Virus record (IMG/VR): IMGVR_UViG_3300042691_022081
Location: 6,872-70,871 of that record
Direction: 5' to 3' (one strand)
Length of the DNA: 64,000 bases
Source of the DNA: a virus
The position numbers were made by a program, and so were the translations under genes. Shown piece after piece: positions 59,556-64,000 of the stretch. Numbering within the stretch: the first letter of the stretch is position 1; each line of letters begins with the position of its first letter. Under the pieces are notes generated by a model. That model saw nothing but the letters and a program-made list of their open reading frames with translations. It had not been told where the DNA came from and searched no databases.

Positions 59556-60237
59556 ATATCCTCTTAGCTTTTTCTATAAAATCATCATTGTAGTTAGATC
59601 GAAAACTTTCAAAACATAACATCTGTAATTTATCTAAAGGTTCTTTACCTTCCCAACTAATACCCATTTGTTCAATCTGTTCACGCATTATATCCTGTCT
59701 AGTGCTGTATATATGACTAGCATGATCTGCAATGCTGATTGGGCCTTCGTTACTGCTATAAGTGAAAAAGTAATTTATACTTTTTAATTGGCCGTCTACT
59801 ACAAAATAACTGCTAGGATGCATACTGTATTTGTACCAACCTCTTTCTTTATGAGCCTGTATAATTTTTAACATCTGCTCTTGCCAGTCTGGGACTATAT
59901 TATCATAGTTTGATGTATCACAACCGGCTCTGTTCCAAAAATCACTACCGTCTATTCTTAAATATATTTTCCTTTCAGGAATGTTTACTTCTAAAATTTC
60001 AGGTACCATTGATGGATTATGGTAAGCCATGTTACTTAAAAAATGTAATTCTCTTTGAAATTTTTCAGCCATCAAGTTTGAGTCAACTATTTCGTTGTGT
60101 CCTTTATGATACTCTGTATCATTATAGTACCATTGTACAAACGTTTTTTTGTCTTCGCTAATAAGGCTAGTATAAATTAAATTATTTCTACATAGCCCTA
60201 CACCTGGCACATCGTTATAGTAATAATTATATTTCAT
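59548..60237 (-). CDS. Protein-kinase/APH-like fold protein (degenerate motifs)
   Basis: FQRELHFL...VPEILEV...IYL...SMHPSSYFVVDGQLKSINYF resembles a kinase C-lobe but lacks canonical HxD/DFG. Confidence 0.45.
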   Translation of the reverse strand: MKYNYYYNDVPGVGLCRNNLIYTSLISEDKKTFVQWYYNDTEYHKGHNEIVDSNLMAEKFQRELHFLSNMAYHNPSMVPEILEVNIPERKIYLRIDGSDFWNRAGCDTSNYDNIVPDWQEQMLKIIQAHKERGWYKYSMHPSSYFVVDGQLKSINYFFTYSSNEGPISIADHASHIYSTRQDIMREQIEQMGISWEGKEPLDKLQMLCFESFRSNYNDDFIEKAKRIYD

Positions 60238-60901
60238 TTAGTTTGTTCCAAATGTACTCAGCTATTATTTTTTGTGTTAATTTGCCTGGATGCTGATCGT
60301 CCCTTGCATAATCTATAAACGGATAACACGGCAAATTAAGTGATATATGCTCATCCGGCATATATTGGAATTCTATAGTTTTTTTATTTTTAGTTATCTG
60401 TTTAACATTGTAATATGATTTTAAATTTACATCTTTAATAGTGTTATTTAACAGCATAGTTTTATATTTCTCATAACTTTCTGGCCAAAGTTTTTTAGAT
60501 CCAAAATGGTTATTATGGCTTTGTGAATCTTCAAGACAAAACGGCATCCATAGTACAGCACCAGGAAAGTTTATTTCATAACTTTGCCATCTATCAAAAT
60601 TTGGCCAGGCTATAACAATAGCTAAAGGTTCATATTTTTTAAGTAACTTAGTTAGTGTTTGTTCAACCATCATAGGACCAGAACCTGGATGGCCTAAATT
60701 TATAACTTTCTTGTTTGATAAACTAGATAGTTGATAAGGTGCTGTTTCATAATGTTCTAATCCTGTACCAAACACATGACTACAACCTAAAAACCATATA
60801 CTGTTATTATAATCTTTAAAAACAGATTTTGTTTCTTTGTATTGACGATCAAACATACCTACAGTATGTTTAAATTGTGCCTTTAATCTTTTAAAATACA
60901 T
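60227..60901 (-). CDS. SGNH/GDSL-like protein
   Basis: FLGCSHVFG, NLGHPGSG and ARDDQHPG motifs. Confidence 0.7.
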   Translation of the reverse strand: MYFKRLKAQFKHTVGMFDRQYKETKSVFKDYNNSIWFLGCSHVFGTGLEHYETAPYQLSSLSNKKVINLGHPGSGPMMVEQTLTKLLKKYEPLAIVIAWPNFDRWQSYEINFPGAVLWMPFCLEDSQSHNNHFGSKKLWPESYEKYKTMLLNNTIKDVNLKSYYNVKQITKNKKTIEFQYMPDEHISLNLPCYPFIDYARDDQHPGKLTQKIIAEYIWNKLNEI

Positions 60902-61539
60902 TATATTATAATAACTTTATCTGCAAATTTTTTCAAGCTGCGTTCCAATAAAGCTTCGTGTTTTTGTTTGTTCATTATACCTACTGTACTTAAAAGTATT
61001 TTAGTCCTATCAGTTGGATCTGCCGCATGTTGAATATTACTGTTGTTAAAAGCAAAACATCGATACTTGTTATCAATTTTTGGCCATATCTTTTTACCGT
61101 TATGTACAAAATGAAAAGTATTGTAAGCTGGGTCAGTGATATAGATAATATATCGTCTTGGCTCTGTCATATTATAGTCTGCATCCTGGTGAGGAGGTAT
61201 AGTTCCTATCTGCATAATAAAGCCGCTGGTTCCTATTTGATCAAATGGTAATTCTCTTATACACTTTGCTAAACCTGGAAATTTTCCCTCAAATCCTGGA
61301 TGAAAGAAAAGTCCAGCATTTTCTATTGGCTCGCGTTCCTTTGACCATTTTAACCATGCATCATATGTTCGCCAATCACTTGGTTGTTCTCTCAAGGCTA
61401 CATAACACCATTCGTGTCGACCTTCTGCATACTCCCAATAATCTGTGTCTGTAATTTTATGAGAATGAAACCAGTCAATAAGTTCTTGCTCGTCTGGCAT
61501 GTCAAATTCTATATCGATTGGAGTATATATTATAGTCAT
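60901..61539 (-). CDS. 2OG-Fe(II)/AspH-like oxygenase
   Basis: PPHQD...FAFNN..IQHAAD; paralog of 26210-26896. Confidence 0.65.
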   Translation of the reverse strand: MTIIYTPIDIEFDMPDEQELIDWFHSHKITDTDYWEYAEGRHEWCYVALREQPSDWRTYDAWLKWSKEREPIENAGLFFHPGFEGKFPGLAKCIRELPFDQIGTSGFIMQIGTIPPHQDADYNMTEPRRYIIYITDPAYNTFHFVHNGKKIWPKIDNKYRCFAFNNSNIQHAADPTDRTKILLSTVGIMNKQKHEALLERSLKKFADKVIII

Positions 61540-62168
61540 GATATTTCACCAGTAAGTTGCATTAATGTTGGTAAATCAGACCTTTTAAATCTAAACACTA
61601 ACCCTACTCTATCACTGTTACTAAAATTTTCAGTTTCGTGTTCTATTATAGTATCAACAAGATAAACACTGCCATCTGCTGGTATCCCAAAATCTTTACG
61701 ATTGCCTAAAGTATCCCAAAATTTAAATGTGGCACCTGGAGAATCATATATTGGTATATGGGCTGTGTATTCATCGCCTTGGTCAACGTGTCTACTTACT
61801 TTACCAGTTGGCGGCTGAACAACTAGACTCCATCGATAGGCATAAGGAATAAGTTCTTGTAATTTAGTAACTAAACCAAATGCTAGTTCAGTGTTTCGAT
61901 AATATGTTCTTTCATGTGTGCTTATGTTGTATGGAGGGCATGGTATAGTCAAGTCTACTAAATTACTTTGTATTGCCCAACCGTAAGGAAGTATACAACC
62001 TGGACCATTTGATATAATACGATTGTACCACTCTTCTGTAATTTCGTGACCGTACCTATCCCACTTCCAACACAAGTGATCGTATTTGGTTGTCAATGTA
62101 TGATAATACTCTTTTAAACTATCTAGTTTTATAGTAAAATTAAGTTTTGTAATCGCAGCATCTAGCAT
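61536..62168 (-). CDS. AspH-like oxygenase
   Basis: SRHVD...HIPI...PADGSVYLVDT..EHETEN....R. Confidence 0.72.
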   Translation of the reverse strand: MLDAAITKLNFTIKLDSLKEYYHTLTTKYDHLCWKWDRYGHEITEEWYNRIISNGPGCILPYGWAIQSNLVDLTIPCPPYNISTHERTYYRNTELAFGLVTKLQELIPYAYRWSLVVQPPTGKVSRHVDQGDEYTAHIPIYDSPGATFKFWDTLGNRKDFGIPADGSVYLVDTIIEHETENFSNSDRVGLVFRFKRSDLPTLMQLTGEIS

Positions 62169-62207
62169 TATTTTTTATCTCTCAACTATTTAATTAAATA
62201 CAATTCC

Positions 62208-62822
62208 ATGCAAAACAGATATGATTTAACTGATACACATATAATTGTTTACTACCAATCAAATTTAGAATTTGAAAAGGTACGAGAACTATGCTTGGAA
62301 GAAGATAATTGGTTGCGTTATAATTATACCAAAGAAAATTTAGTAGTTGAGCAACATACAGGGTACGGAGTAGTTTACCAAACTAGCACTGGTAAACCTA
62401 TGGTAATGGGCGGCGTATTTAATGATGGGCGTTATCCAAAGAACGTGGCTAAAATGATTAATAGGTTATACACATTTCCAGACTTTCGAATGAAGCATAC
62501 GGATATGACAGACGGATTTCGTGTAACGTGTAGTTTAATAGACAAATTAATTTCTATAAACAATTACGATTTGTATCTTATTACAATGCAAAATCGTAAC
62601 AGAGGTGGAAAGCGTTGGTGGGACACATGGGTTAAACATATGGACATCGCCAGCAAAGGTAAATGGACATTAGGTTATGGGTACTTACAAACTTGTCCGT
62701 GGCCCGTACAAAAATGTTGGCAAAACTTTGTGTACTTAGAAACAACACCAGGAAGTTTTCAGAAATGGAATCCAAATACAATAACTGACCAGGAATGGTC
62801 ACAACTAGAGGAAGGAACATGA
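62208..62822 (+). CDS. Hypothetical protein, possible GNAT-like fold
   Basis: MVMGGV...INRLYTFPDFR resembles GNAT motif A. Confidence 0.45.
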   Translation: MQNRYDLTDTHIIVYYQSNLEFEKVRELCLEEDNWLRYNYTKENLVVEQHTGYGVVYQTSTGKPMVMGGVFNDGRYPKNVAKMINRLYTFPDFRMKHTDMTDGFRVTCSLIDKLISINNYDLYLITMQNRNRGGKRWWDTWVKHMDIASKGKWTLGYGYLQTCPWPVQKCWQNFVYLETTPGSFQKWNPNTITDQEWSQLEEGT

Positions 62823-63589
62823 GTTATAATCTTAAAGTAAGATTAATACAGTTAGTTAATTTTATTGCCAGCATTATTGGTGTCTGGTACGCAATCTCTT
62901 TAGGGCAATACTCTTGGTTCTTTGTTGCGCTAGCATCTTGGTTTGTTATAGGACATATTAGCGCAATTATTACATTACACAGAATGTTAACTCATCGTAG
63001 TTTTAAAACATGGCCGTGGCTTGAAAATGTACTAAGTTTTATCAGTATCTATTCTACTATTGGTCCTAGCATTGCTTGGGTAGGATTACATAGGATGCAC
63101 CATGCCAAGTCTGATGGTTCCGGAGATCCGCACTCGTCCTATGTTGATGGAAAATTTTCTTACTGGGCTGCATTTAAGGTATGGGTTGGTTATGATTGGC
63201 ACGTTGAAGCTATTTCGATGGCTTATGTAAAAGATCTAATTCGTAAGCCATTGCATAAATGGATTTTTAATAATTATTTTAAAGTTATTTTTATTACATC
63301 TGCTATTTTAATTTTAATTGATCCTATGTTGTGGGTATTTTTATATGCGTTGCCTGCAACCTTAACAGTACACGTAATTGGCTTAGTTAATGTATTGGGT
63401 CATAGACACGGGTATAGAAATTATGAAACTAAAGACTATAGTACTAACAGTTGGATTGCAGCCGTTATTGCATTAGGAGAAGGTTGGCATAATAATCACC
63501 ATGGTAATCCTGGTGCATGGTACGCAGGAAAAAAGTGGTGGGAGCTAGACCCAATGGGATGGATCATTAAACTAATTAAAATTGACTAA
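62819..63589 (+). CDS. Membrane fatty-acid (delta-9-like) desaturase
   Basis: His boxes HRMLTH, HRMHH and GEGWHNNHH; DPHS; TM segments; WWELDP. Confidence 0.92.
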   Translation: MSYNLKVRLIQLVNFIASIIGVWYAISLGQYSWFFVALASWFVIGHISAIITLHRMLTHRSFKTWPWLENVLSFISIYSTIGPSIAWVGLHRMHHAKSDGSGDPHSSYVDGKFSYWAAFKVWVGYDWHVEAISMAYVKDLIRKPLHKWIFNNYFKVIFITSAILILIDPMLWVFLYALPATLTVHVIGLVNVLGHRHGYRNYETKDYSTNSWIAAVIALGEGWHNNHHGNPGAWYAGKKWWELDPMGWIIKLIKID

Positions 63590-64000
63590 TGGGTACCTTT
63601 TATATACAACGACCTGAACTAGCATACATTCACGTGCCTCGTACAGGAATGGCTATGAAGAAAATTATTTCAGATTGGCTTAAAGTTAACTTTGAAGTAA
63701 ATGATACAGATCCTTGGATGATTGATCATCCGCATTTAGGAACGGTCAAGGATCATTATCCTTCTGCTAAAACTATGACCGTTGTGCGTAATCCTTGGCA
63801 ACGTGTGTATAGTTTATATCGAAAAGTAAGTAAGGAAGGATATTGGCTAGATTGGAATAACATGACTTTGTTGGACCTTAAGCCTATTAATGAATGGGTA
63901 GCTGATTACTGTAACCCAGATATTCCGTTTGAGTTTCCTCGATGGTTTAATCGTTTTACAAATCAAATTGATTTTATTCACGTAAATGATGAATGGGTTG
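63589..64000 (+). CDS. Sulfotransferase (family 2-like), truncated by the window end
   Basis: Not in the ORF track. ATG at 63589 reads MGTFYIQRPELAYIHVPRTGM...VVRNPWQRVYSLY, matching the 5'-PSB and 3'-PB PAPS-binding motifs. Confidence 0.75.
   Translation, partial: MGTFYIQRPELAYIHVPRTGMAMKKIISDWLKVNFEVNDTDPWMIDHPHLGTVKDHYPSAKTMTVVRNPWQRVYSLYRKVSKEGYWLDWNNMTLLDLKPINEWVADYCNPDIPFEFPRWFNRFTNQIDFIHVNDEWV

Overview
This window is a gene-dense, AT-rich segment of a large T4-like (probably jumbo) tailed-phage genome in the standard genetic code. The left part (1-24.6 kb, mostly minus strand) holds a truncated baseplate-type structural gene and host-like auxiliary genes: erpA, Fe/Mn SOD, uvsE, queD, BI-1/YccA, a MazG-like enzyme, ATP-dependent DNA ligase, clpP, a MutH/Sau3AI-like nuclease, a metallophosphoesterase and infA. 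It also has many hypotheticals and near-perfect sigma70 promoters. Two unusual RNA elements sit here: a preQ1-I-like pseudoknot with an RBS-sequestering hairpin upstream of queD, and a 117-nt tRNA-like gene with an enlarged anticodon arm. The right part (24.7-64 kb) is a ~39 kb island made almost entirely of tailoring enzymes. It has 12 radical SAM proteins (4 of the B12-binding type), about 16 2OG-Fe(II)/AspH-like oxygenases and 4 SGNH-like proteins. It also has an amidinotransferase, a class-III aminotransferase, methyltransferases, a nitroreductase, a PP-loop ATPase, kinase-like and GNAT-like proteins, a desaturase and a sulfotransferase. T4 late-promoter-like TAAATA motifs precede most of its transcription units, which suggests a late-acting, possibly virion- or glycan-decorating pathway of unknown product. 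All family calls come from recognising motifs by eye; no database search was run.
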